Shown here: in pieces, positions 30,758-38,612 of the stretch
Layout: every line of letters starts with the position of its first letter
Numbering within the stretch: position 1 is the stretch's first letter
Source of the DNA: Armatimonadota bacterium
GTDB lineage: Bacteria; Armatimonadota; HRBIN16
Direction: 5' to 3'
Assembly (NCBI GenBank): GCA_963677485.1
Contig: OY781964.1
Span: 5,120,001-5,184,000, forward strand
Length of the DNA stretch: 64,000 bases
Translations under genes and position numbers: made by a program
The notes under the pieces: model-generated
Told to the model about the DNA's origin: nothing
What the model saw: the letters and a program-made list of their open reading frames with translations, nothing else
The model's database searches: none

Positions 30758-30935
30758 GTTGCCTATGTCCGGGGCGGTCTGTGCGTAGGCTAGCGGATGC
30801 AGAAGGCTCAAGACCGCGCCGGTCTGGCGGATAGCCCAGAAAGATATATGTCGCGAACAGGACCGGCGCGGTCTATCGACAGTGGCCTCCGCAGGCGTAC
30901 TGGCAGACCGCCCCGGACATAGCCAAACCAGTTGC
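30758..30935. repeat. MITE/REP-doublet-like element (family B), intact copy
   Basis: Perfect 19-bp terminal inverted repeats ctatgtccggggcggtctg (30763-30781 / 30904-30922); each half is a hairpin with a 30-nt loop; second copy inverted at 56579-56901. Confidence 0.85.
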
Positions 30936-30963
30936 CCATGGAGAAATCAGAAGAGGAAGGCCT

Positions 30964-31860
30964 CTAACGACAGAGGCCCAGTTCAACAGCTTGATCAAGC
31001 GGAACGCTTTCGAGGTAATCAAGCACTATCACGGTGCAGTTATCCTTACCGCCGTCATCAATCGCCATGTCAACCAGCTTCTCAGCTGCCTGACACGCCC
31101 AGTTTTCCATCAGCACATTCAAGATGCTCTCGTCACCCACATGCGTAGTCAGACCATCGGAGCAGAGCAGAAGCTTGTCACCGGGCAGCAGAGGCACATA
31201 GAATACCTCTCCTTCCGCCCCATCGACACCTATTGCGCGAGTGATCACATTGCGATAGGTGGCATTATCCGCCTGCTCTCGGGTCAGCAGCCCCATACGC
31301 AATTGGTCGCCCACCAGCGAGTGGTCCTTGGTGATCTGGCTGATCACATCCCCGCGCACATGGTAACATCGGGAATCACCCACATTGACAATCCAGGCAG
31401 CGTCTTCTATTAACGCCACAGCGACCAGTGTCGTGCCCATTCCGCTCAGTCCACCGACAGTGCGGGCCATATTCAAGACGGTGACGTTCGCCGCATTCAC
31501 GGCGCACTTCATCGCTTCGGCCGCCATCTGCTGCTGGTCTGCATAGTAGCTGCGGGTGAATAATTGAATCGCCTTCTCACTAGCAATCTGGCCGGCACTG
31601 TGCCCACCCATACCGTCGCACACCATATACAGAGCCCCACGTGTGGCCCAGTCACGCCGGTTATCTGGCATGGTATAGCTGAGATTGTCTTCATTATGTT
31701 CACGGACACGGCCTATGGCGGTCCTCATCCCTACCCTGACCCGCGGGACGCAACTGGGCTCGATGTTCAGCAGACTGTTCTGCTCATCAAACTCAGGGCG
31801 AAACATTCTGGCAGTTGTTTCGAAAGCGTTGTTGTCCGCCTGGCCACCCTCACTGAGCAT
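30964..31860 (-). CDS. PP2C/PPM family Ser/Thr phosphatase (Stp1-like)
   Basis: GRVREHNED, VCDGMGGH..GQIAS, GMGTT, NVGDSR, LCSDGL, GGKDNCT. Confidence 0.93.
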   Translation of the reverse strand: MLSEGGQADNNAFETTARMFRPEFDEQNSLLNIEPSCVPRVRVGMRTAIGRVREHNEDNLSYTMPDNRRDWATRGALYMVCDGMGGHSAGQIASEKAIQLFTRSYYADQQQMAAEAMKCAVNAANVTVLNMARTVGGLSGMGTTLVAVALIEDAAWIVNVGDSRCYHVRGDVISQITKDHSLVGDQLRMGLLTREQADNATYRNVITRAIGVDGAEGEVFYVPLLPGDKLLLCSDGLTTHVGDESILNVLMENWACQAAEKLVDMAIDDGGKDNCTVIVLDYLESVPLDQAVELGLCR

Positions 31861-32896
31861 CTGTCACCACCTCATCGGGAAGTGGAATCAAACTATACAC
31901 AACGGTACCGATCTGTATCTGGTCACCCAGGTTGACATCCTGGATGGTGCCAGGGAGGAGAGGCTGTCCGTTAAACAGCGTGCCATTGGTGCTCCCAAGC
32001 TCTTCTACTGTGGCTTGATCGTCGGTCAGCACAAGCCGCAGATGGCGGCCTGATGCATAAGGGTCGTTCAACCGAACCTGGCATTCTGGGCGTCTGCCCA
32101 CAATCGCCTCACCAGGCGGCAGCTTTACCGAAGTCGTGCCTGTCGCCTCACAGAACAACCAGCGAGCCGGTTTCTCATCCTCCGTCTGAGGAGCACTCAC
32201 CTCAGGGGATGCAGCAGGCTCCGGACGTTTCAGGTCAGGACACACGAACTCAAATTCGGCTTGTCCAAATCGAACGGTATCGCCATCATAAAGGCGTTGC
32301 GACTCACCAGAGACCAACCGCTGCCCGTTCAACTTGGTGCCGTTGGTGCTGTTTTGATCCGTCAGCGTCGCCTGCTCACCGGATAACTCAATCGTCGCAT
32401 GGTGACGAGATACGCTTGGATCGGGGATAACCACATCTGAGCCAACCCGGCCGACGCTGTTGGCACCAACTCTGAGCGAAAGCTTGAATCCGCTTTGGCC
32501 TATCAGTCCAGCAGGCTCTTCTGGCGTATGCTCAAAGCTCTCCACGGCTCCGCCGCTGAGCTCATATCCGCAATCAATGCAGTACTGCGCCGATGGATCG
32601 TTGATGGTCTGACACACAGGGCATGGCGATGGTTCGATCACTTGTGTTCGCTGGGCTTCAGACGTGAGCATCGTGCGCTCCACATCAACGGCATTTGCTG
32701 GTGAAGTCAGTTCGACAGGCAGTTGCGCATCATAGGCACTACGCGCGGATGGCTCCGAAAGGGTGTCATACGCCTCATCTAATTTGGCACGCATTGGCTT
32801 GTCCCACAACGCCTTCATAGAAAGCCGTTCGTAGCTCTTCTTTATCTGCTCAAGAGAGGCATCTCTCTGCACTTCCAGAAGTTCATAGTAGTTCAT
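31850..32896 (-). CDS. J-like domain + zinc ribbon + two FHA domains
   Basis: NYYELLEV...EQIKKSY...EAYDTLS...RSAYD (no HPD); CPVC..N...QYCIDCG; FHA motifs GR..SRHH..STNGT and GR..SGRH..STNGT. Confidence 0.85.
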   Translation of the reverse strand: MNYYELLEVQRDASLEQIKKSYERLSMKALWDKPMRAKLDEAYDTLSEPSARSAYDAQLPVELTSPANAVDVERTMLTSEAQRTQVIEPSPCPVCQTINDPSAQYCIDCGYELSGGAVESFEHTPEEPAGLIGQSGFKLSLRVGANSVGRVGSDVVIPDPSVSRHHATIELSGEQATLTDQNSTNGTKLNGQRLVSGESQRLYDGDTVRFGQAEFEFVCPDLKRPEPAASPEVSAPQTEDEKPARWLFCEATGTTSVKLPPGEAIVGRRPECQVRLNDPYASGRHLRLVLTDDQATVEELGSTNGTLFNGQPLLPGTIQDVNLGDQIQIGTVVYSLIPLPDEVVTDAQ

Positions 32897-34221
32897 CGCT
32901 GCCCTCCGCTGCTGTTTTCACGACGTCCGCTTTCCAGCTCATACACAGCCTCCATCAAGGTCTTTTCAACCCCGCCTGAGCCAGTTTGTGTGCGCAGACC
33001 TTGTACCGCTTGCTGAAGCTGCATTGTGCGTTCAGTTTCTCCTGTAGAGCTCATCATCGCCATCGTGCGTTCGATATCCTGCTGTGCCTGGCCAACCGTA
33101 ATCTGCTGGGTTTTGAGCCCCATCATGGTGCGCTCCAACATTTTGGCCGCATTTTGCAGATCAACTTCCGCCTTCACGCGCGGGTCTACATCCTGCTGCA
33201 TGCGTGCTACATCGCGTGTAAACTCCATGACCACGTTGGCCTGCAGACTTTGTGGGCTCATATCACCGGGGTTCTGGTAGAGAGCCTCTACCGTTGCGAT
33301 TCGGAACCTGCCAGCAGGACGCATCACATGCTCCATATCAAGCAGTAATCTGACGCTCTGCCCTGTTTCGACATCACCCAAGCTGACCGTGAAGCTGCGT
33401 GAATTGATGTCTGCTCCAGGGGTGGGCTGCTGTCGAAGTTTCGTGAAGCGGCTAAGGTTCACTTTCACCTGCAGGTTCTGCATCGCCACAGACATGGCGG
33501 ACTGAACTTCACGCTTAAATACTTCCGGAATCTGTTCGGCACGTTCGATATAGGCATAGGTGCCGGTACTACGGCGTGCCACTCCGGCTAAAAGCTCCTC
33601 GTTAAAGTCCGGCCCAAAGCCGAGTGCCGTGACCGATATCCCCTTCTGCTTCATTGTGGCGGCCTGCTGGGTGATGGTGGCAAAATCGCGAATTCCAGCA
33701 GTTGGGTCACCGTCACTCAATAGCACAACCCGGTTAATAGCTCCATTATCCCCAGCAAACTGGTTGCTGGCCATCACAAGTCCGTCGTAAAGGTTGGTGG
33801 TGTTGCCGGTGGTGATGCTGTTAACATGCTGCATCACCAAGTCGGGGTTGACGACACGCCGGGCTGGCATGACCACATCCACGGTCTCCGCAAAACTCAC
33901 AATAGAAAGTGTATCTTGAGGCTGCATATTACGAACGACGTATTCACAGGCCCGCTTGACATACTCCAGAGGCGCTCCATCCATACTCCCCGAGCGGTCA
34001 ACCAGCAGGCATAGGTTCACAGCAGAGCGTCTCGACTGACCTGCACCACCTGTGACCTGCACGAGAAGGTGTTCTCGTTCCCCATATGCGCTGACGACCT
34101 GCCGCCCCGGCACACAGACCACGGAGTGGGCAGCCACGGATTGTGTTGCCACTGAGGTCACGACCGTGCGCGACATCAGTTCCGTGCGTTCAGACATATC
34201 GATCTTTACGGTTTCATCCAC
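32893..34221 (-). CDS. von Willebrand factor A domain protein (YfbK-like)
   Basis: Intact MIDAS: LLVDRSGSM, TNLYDGL, LLSDGDP; ALGFGPDFNEELL; ATGA overlap with the FHA gene. Confidence 0.9.
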   Translation of the reverse strand: MDETVKIDMSERTELMSRTVVTSVATQSVAAHSVVCVPGRQVVSAYGEREHLLVQVTGGAGQSRRSAVNLCLLVDRSGSMDGAPLEYVKRACEYVVRNMQPQDTLSIVSFAETVDVVMPARRVVNPDLVMQHVNSITTGNTTNLYDGLVMASNQFAGDNGAINRVVLLSDGDPTAGIRDFATITQQAATMKQKGISVTALGFGPDFNEELLAGVARRSTGTYAYIERAEQIPEVFKREVQSAMSVAMQNLQVKVNLSRFTKLRQQPTPGADINSRSFTVSLGDVETGQSVRLLLDMEHVMRPAGRFRIATVEALYQNPGDMSPQSLQANVVMEFTRDVARMQQDVDPRVKAEVDLQNAAKMLERTMMGLKTQQITVGQAQQDIERTMAMMSSTGETERTMQLQQAVQGLRTQTGSGGVEKTLMEAVYELESGRRENSSGGQR

Positions 34222-34237
34222 CTTACGCCTCGCTGTT

Positions 34238-34882
34238 CTACGGCTGGGGATTTCTCAGCCGTTTCTTGATCTCAACTACTTTCATACGCGCCATGCCGAT
34301 GTCAGAGACCAACTGCTCAAACATGACAGAGCCATGCGGCCCTTCATTCCGAATGATATAGGACGGATGCAGCACAGCCCCGATCGCCTCAGCATATGGG
34401 CTCTCGAACCACAGACCACGTTCTTTGGTAATGCGGAAGTTTGGGTGTATCAGCGTATTCGCCGACGGGCTTCCCACGCATACCAGCACTAATGGTTTGA
34501 TGGCCTCAATCTGCTGCAGCAGCCACGGCTTGCAGGCTTCTACCTCCGCCGGTGTCGGCGGCCTGTTCACGGCCCTGCCATCAACGACGTCGTGCGCCCT
34601 GCACTTCACGATGTTTGCGATGAATACATGCCGACGGTCCATCTGGTTTGCAGCCAGAGCTCGATCAAGCATCGCTCCACTCACCCCAACGAACGGCCGA
34701 CCGGTTTGGTCCTCAGTATCACCAGGACCTTCGCCGACTATCATCAGTGGCGATTCTGGATTGCCTTCGCCAAATACCACGTTCTTCCGCAACTGACACA
34801 GCCCACATTTTGTGCAACTGAGGGTCTCAGATCGGAACGCATCAAGCTTCTGTTGATTAATGCCCTTCATTTCAGACGTCAT
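34238..34882 (-). CDS. Uracil-DNA glycosylase family 4 (4Fe-4S)
   Basis: CTKCGLC, GEGPG..ED..GRPFVG, NIVKCR, HPSY. Confidence 0.92.
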   Translation of the reverse strand: MTSEMKGINQQKLDAFRSETLSCTKCGLCQLRKNVVFGEGNPESPLMIVGEGPGDTEDQTGRPFVGVSGAMLDRALAANQMDRRHVFIANIVKCRAHDVVDGRAVNRPPTPAEVEACKPWLLQQIEAIKPLVLVCVGSPSANTLIHPNFRITKERGLWFESPYAEAIGAVLHPSYIIRNEGPHGSVMFEQLVSDIGMARMKVVEIKKRLRNPQP

Positions 34883-35387
34883 TCAGCTGTCCCTCGGACT
34901 CGAATTGGTCGAGAATCTTGCGGAGTTGGTCGTATGTCTCACATAGACCTTGCGGAATCACCCTGACATCCGACAACACAGGCATGAAATTCGTATCACC
35001 ATTCCAGCGAGGAACTATATGAAAGTGTACGTGGTCCGCGATACCAGCGCCCGCTGAGGCTCCTAGATTGACACCGATGTTAAAGCCATCAGGGTGATAA
35101 GCCTCTTTGAGTACATTCACGCAGAGTCTGACCAACTTCATGATTTCGGTCATACATTCACAACTTAAGTCATTCAGATCGGCTGTATGCAGCCTTGGGG
35201 CGACCATGAGGTGTCCGTTACTGTATGGGAATGCATTAAGCATTACAAAAGCATCACGTCCTTGATACAACACATACACAGACCGCTGATCTTCATCTGA
35301 AGGTTTGTCGCAAAAAATGCACCCAGTCTGCTTCTTCGCATTGGCCACATAGGCCAGTCTCCAGGGTGCCCATAATCGTTCAGTCAT
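34872..35387 (-). CDS. HIT domain protein (Ap4A hydrolase/phosphorylase-like)
   Basis: LWAPWR, CIFC, NAFPYSNGHLM, HVHFHIVPRW. Confidence 0.92.
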   Translation of the reverse strand: MTERLWAPWRLAYVANAKKQTGCIFCDKPSDEDQRSVYVLYQGRDAFVMLNAFPYSNGHLMVAPRLHTADLNDLSCECMTEIMKLVRLCVNVLKEAYHPDGFNIGVNLGASAGAGIADHVHFHIVPRWNGDTNFMPVLSDVRVIPQGLCETYDQLRKILDQFESEGQLNDV

Positions 35388-35503
35388 GCCGTCTCCTTGT
35401 CATTTGGCGCCACCATCTGCATCCACACTAATGTACCATTGTGGCGACTACCCGAAAGTTCAGTTACTAATTGAAGTTTACCCCGTGCCCATTCCAACGG
35501 CAA

Positions 35504-38500
35504 TTACCCGAACACTGGATACCGTTCACCATCATGAACCGCCCCATTTGCCCCCTGTGTCGTGCGGCATAGATGCTGATAGTAACATCCAGCGCACCAG
35601 TCACCAGGCACCGGCAGAATATCGCCAGAAGCCAGAAATACAGCGCTCTGCTTTAATTTCGACGCCACATTTTGATACATCAGACGCCACCACATGTCAT
35701 TGCCAACCCGTGCGGCGGCCCCCTCTTCCGGCCTTTGCCACAATCGCTGTTGAAACTCTTGATCGATGTTCATCTGCAGCAAGACTCGATATCTGACGTC
35801 GGCCTTGCCGCTATCGATCGTCACAGCCCCTACCTTCATGTTGAACAGATTCTGAAGGGCTGAGATGTAGATAGGCAGTTGGATATCCTCACCCTGGGCG
35901 ATCCTGTCAAACCAATCTCTGGGCACACTGCGTTTGTAGTCTACCAGCACAGCAAGCCCCGTTTTTGGGCAGACATCCACACGGTCCAGCCGACCCGCAA
36001 TGCGCAAGTGTCCCTCATCCAACGGCAACGACAGCGGCTTGACATCCTCGGTCGATGCGGCATGGGAGAGATCATCGGGATCATCACCACGTCCGAAAGC
36101 CGCTTCAAACAGCGTGGGGGTAAGTCCAAACTGCGAATAGATCCGCTGTTCCCTATCGAGGATACTGATGCACATTGTGCCCGTATCTTCGTATAGCAAC
36201 GTCTGTTCGCCACGGTGCAGGTCGGCGGGTAGTTGCTCAGCCACCTCTTTGAGCAGCGTATCGACGTCGTACTGGTTTTGCTGAACCGCATTCCGCAGAA
36301 CGTCATGAACCCATCGCCCTTGAATAGACATGGCACTGATATCCGCTGGGTGCAGACCCAACAGCCAACGGGCATAATGCCGGAACCGGCACTGCATGAG
36401 CTGCTGCAGTTCCGACACGCCAAATTCGCGCCGAACGGGTCGGCTGGCTTGAGGCATCAGCTTGGGCAAGACAGGCCATCTTTCCCACTCCGTCCAGAGC
36501 CGCGTCAGCTCACCTTCAACCTTGACCGCACGTTTGGCCAAGGAACACAATAACGGCAGCTCATCGGCCGGCAGATTGAGCCGGATCTCCCGTTCTCGGG
36601 AAAAGAGACGTTCTGCCAGCCTGAGATGACAATCCGCTTCTGTCACCAGCTCAGTCACCGCATAACTGGTTTCATGCAGTCGTCGTTCGACCAGATCGTA
36701 CCGGTCTTTAGGCAGTATCTTCAGAACGCTGCTGAGCAGGTAACTGGGCAGTGCTTCACGATCACCCATCGTCCGAGAGAAACTCATCCACAGCGTCTGT
36801 GACGAAGAGGACACAGCTCGCAGGAATTGAAGCCGGTCATGATCACTGCTCTCATGGCTAAGCGGCATGCGGCGATGAATGAGCTGCGCGATCGATTCTC
36901 TCAGCTCATCAGAAATGAGCGGATGTTCACGGGAGCTATGCGGCATCACCCCCTCTACAAGCGAGGTGATAGCCACAAATGGGTATGACCGGCTAAGCCC
37001 TGACATATGTGATACCAGTTGAACAACGTCGCTTGTAGGCACAGTGGGGTTGTTCAGCAGCGATATCACCTGCGTTAATGGCTGATATATCTCATGCAGC
37101 TCCAGCTCAGTTTCGTTGAGTAGCTGCGAGAACACATCAAGATACACATCGACTGGCGAGTTTTCGCCAGGTTCGTCGTTGCTCAGGCTCCATTGCTCCG
37201 CGACCTGCCGGAGCAGCGCATCGAGCTCGCCTGGTTCGCTGGCTGACTGCAAGCGTATGATCTGTTCACTGAGCCGCTGGCAAGCTGTGATCATCGAGTC
37301 TGACCACTGCGGCTCTGATGTGGAACTTGGCAACTGCAGCAGCATCAAACCTGACTTAGTGCCAGCATCCCGAGCCGAACGCCTCAACCGTTCAATCTCG
37401 TAGATGTCAATCTGAAGTGTGCCCTGTCTGAGCAGATGCAACGCATCATCACGATCGAACGAATTTAGCGATTGCGAGATCAGCATCAAGAACCGAACAT
37501 GCGGATGATCGAGTAGGCTGCTGCCGCTCAGCTGATACGGTATATTCAACCTCGACAACGCCAGTTCATATGATGCTTGTGCATCCTTCAAATTGGGGAT
37601 CACCACGCATATATCGGACCAACTCAGGCCCTCTCTATTGCGTCTACACAGCTCACGGGCCAGCATCTCCGCCTCAACAATAGGTGAGGGTGCATCAACC
37701 ACTACCAGTTCGCCAGAATTAGGAGGATTTACATCCACCAAACCAAGCTGACCCAAAGACTGCACCAGCCATTGCGACAACGTCTCACACAGTCGGTCAG
37801 GCTGAACTATACATTCCAGGTCCGGCAGGAGTTTGAGGTCAGACAGGAAAGCTTGAAGTGATCCGTACCACTCAGGCCGGTTAATATCGCCTTCCACCAG
37901 CAGCCTTACAGTGGTGTGTCGTGCACAGGCTGTGACAAGGTTGATGAAAGCTTGCGGGGCACGTTCAAATCCAGCAAAACAAACCTCACCTGCAAGCTGT
38001 TGCGGTGCCGATTCAATGCTCTCGGCAGCCATCTGCCATAGATCGCCGGCAAGCACACGGCTTCGGCGGTGCAATGATCGGCGTAACTCCGGCAGAAGCT
38101 TGGCGAGTTCATTCAGTTTTGTGGTCTCATGAGGGTAAGATTCGGCCAATGCCAGCAGGGCGGAAGCACCGATTTGGTGTCGGGCAAGTTCCGCCATCGT
38201 TTGTGATAGAGAGCTGATATTGCCAGGGTGGCGGCAAGCCGGGCGCAGATAGCCCTGTTCATCCAGCTTGTTCACGGAACCCCACAATGCCATCTGGATA
38301 TCTAACTCAGTAGCCGCTTGAGGTGTATGCTCGGATGCCAGGCAGTTCCGGCAGAACTGGTCTATACCAATGCAACAGTCTGAGGCGTCCCCAATGCGGC
38401 TTGCAGGTGATACCGTGGGCATCACAACATGCGACAGCTCACCCATCGACTGCTGATCGCGTAACCAGCTTCTGAGTGAGCCATCTAGAGGAAAAACCAT

Positions 38501-38536
38501 GACATGGATCGGGTTGGCCATAACATAATGGTACAC
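35504..38536 (-). CDS. AddB/RexB-like inactive helicase + PD-(D/E)XK nuclease
   Basis: SLVEGVMP, LPSYLL, SELQQLMQCRF, GRLDRVD, VDYK, C-terminal CAGCYYQHLC Fe-S staple; start may be ATG 38521. Confidence 0.8.
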   Translation of the reverse strand: MYHYVMANPIHVMVFPLDGSLRSWLRDQQSMGELSHVVMPTVSPASRIGDASDCCIGIDQFCRNCLASEHTPQAATELDIQMALWGSVNKLDEQGYLRPACRHPGNISSLSQTMAELARHQIGASALLALAESYPHETTKLNELAKLLPELRRSLHRRSRVLAGDLWQMAAESIESAPQQLAGEVCFAGFERAPQAFINLVTACARHTTVRLLVEGDINRPEWYGSLQAFLSDLKLLPDLECIVQPDRLCETLSQWLVQSLGQLGLVDVNPPNSGELVVVDAPSPIVEAEMLARELCRRNREGLSWSDICVVIPNLKDAQASYELALSRLNIPYQLSGSSLLDHPHVRFLMLISQSLNSFDRDDALHLLRQGTLQIDIYEIERLRRSARDAGTKSGLMLLQLPSSTSEPQWSDSMITACQRLSEQIIRLQSASEPGELDALLRQVAEQWSLSNDEPGENSPVDVYLDVFSQLLNETELELHEIYQPLTQVISLLNNPTVPTSDVVQLVSHMSGLSRSYPFVAITSLVEGVMPHSSREHPLISDELRESIAQLIHRRMPLSHESSDHDRLQFLRAVSSSSQTLWMSFSRTMGDREALPSYLLSSVLKILPKDRYDLVERRLHETSYAVTELVTEADCHLRLAERLFSREREIRLNLPADELPLLCSLAKRAVKVEGELTRLWTEWERWPVLPKLMPQASRPVRREFGVSELQQLMQCRFRHYARWLLGLHPADISAMSIQGRWVHDVLRNAVQQNQYDVDTLLKEVAEQLPADLHRGEQTLLYEDTGTMCISILDREQRIYSQFGLTPTLFEAAFGRGDDPDDLSHAASTEDVKPLSLPLDEGHLRIAGRLDRVDVCPKTGLAVLVDYKRSVPRDWFDRIAQGEDIQLPIYISALQNLFNMKVGAVTIDSGKADVRYRVLLQMNIDQEFQQRLWQRPEEGAAARVGNDMWWRLMYQNVASKLKQSAVFLASGDILPVPGDWCAGCYYQHLCRTTQGANGAVHDGERYPVFG

Positions 38537-38612
38537 GGAAATAGGATAGATGCCACATCAAACGACGACCCGAAGTATACTTAAAACACAACACTAAGCA
38601 GTCAGGATAAGC

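Noticed and set aside
30882-31148. 88-aa plus-strand ORF starting in the family B repeat (also 56693-56887)
   Set aside because: Spurious ORFs derived from repeat sequence or antisense to PP2C
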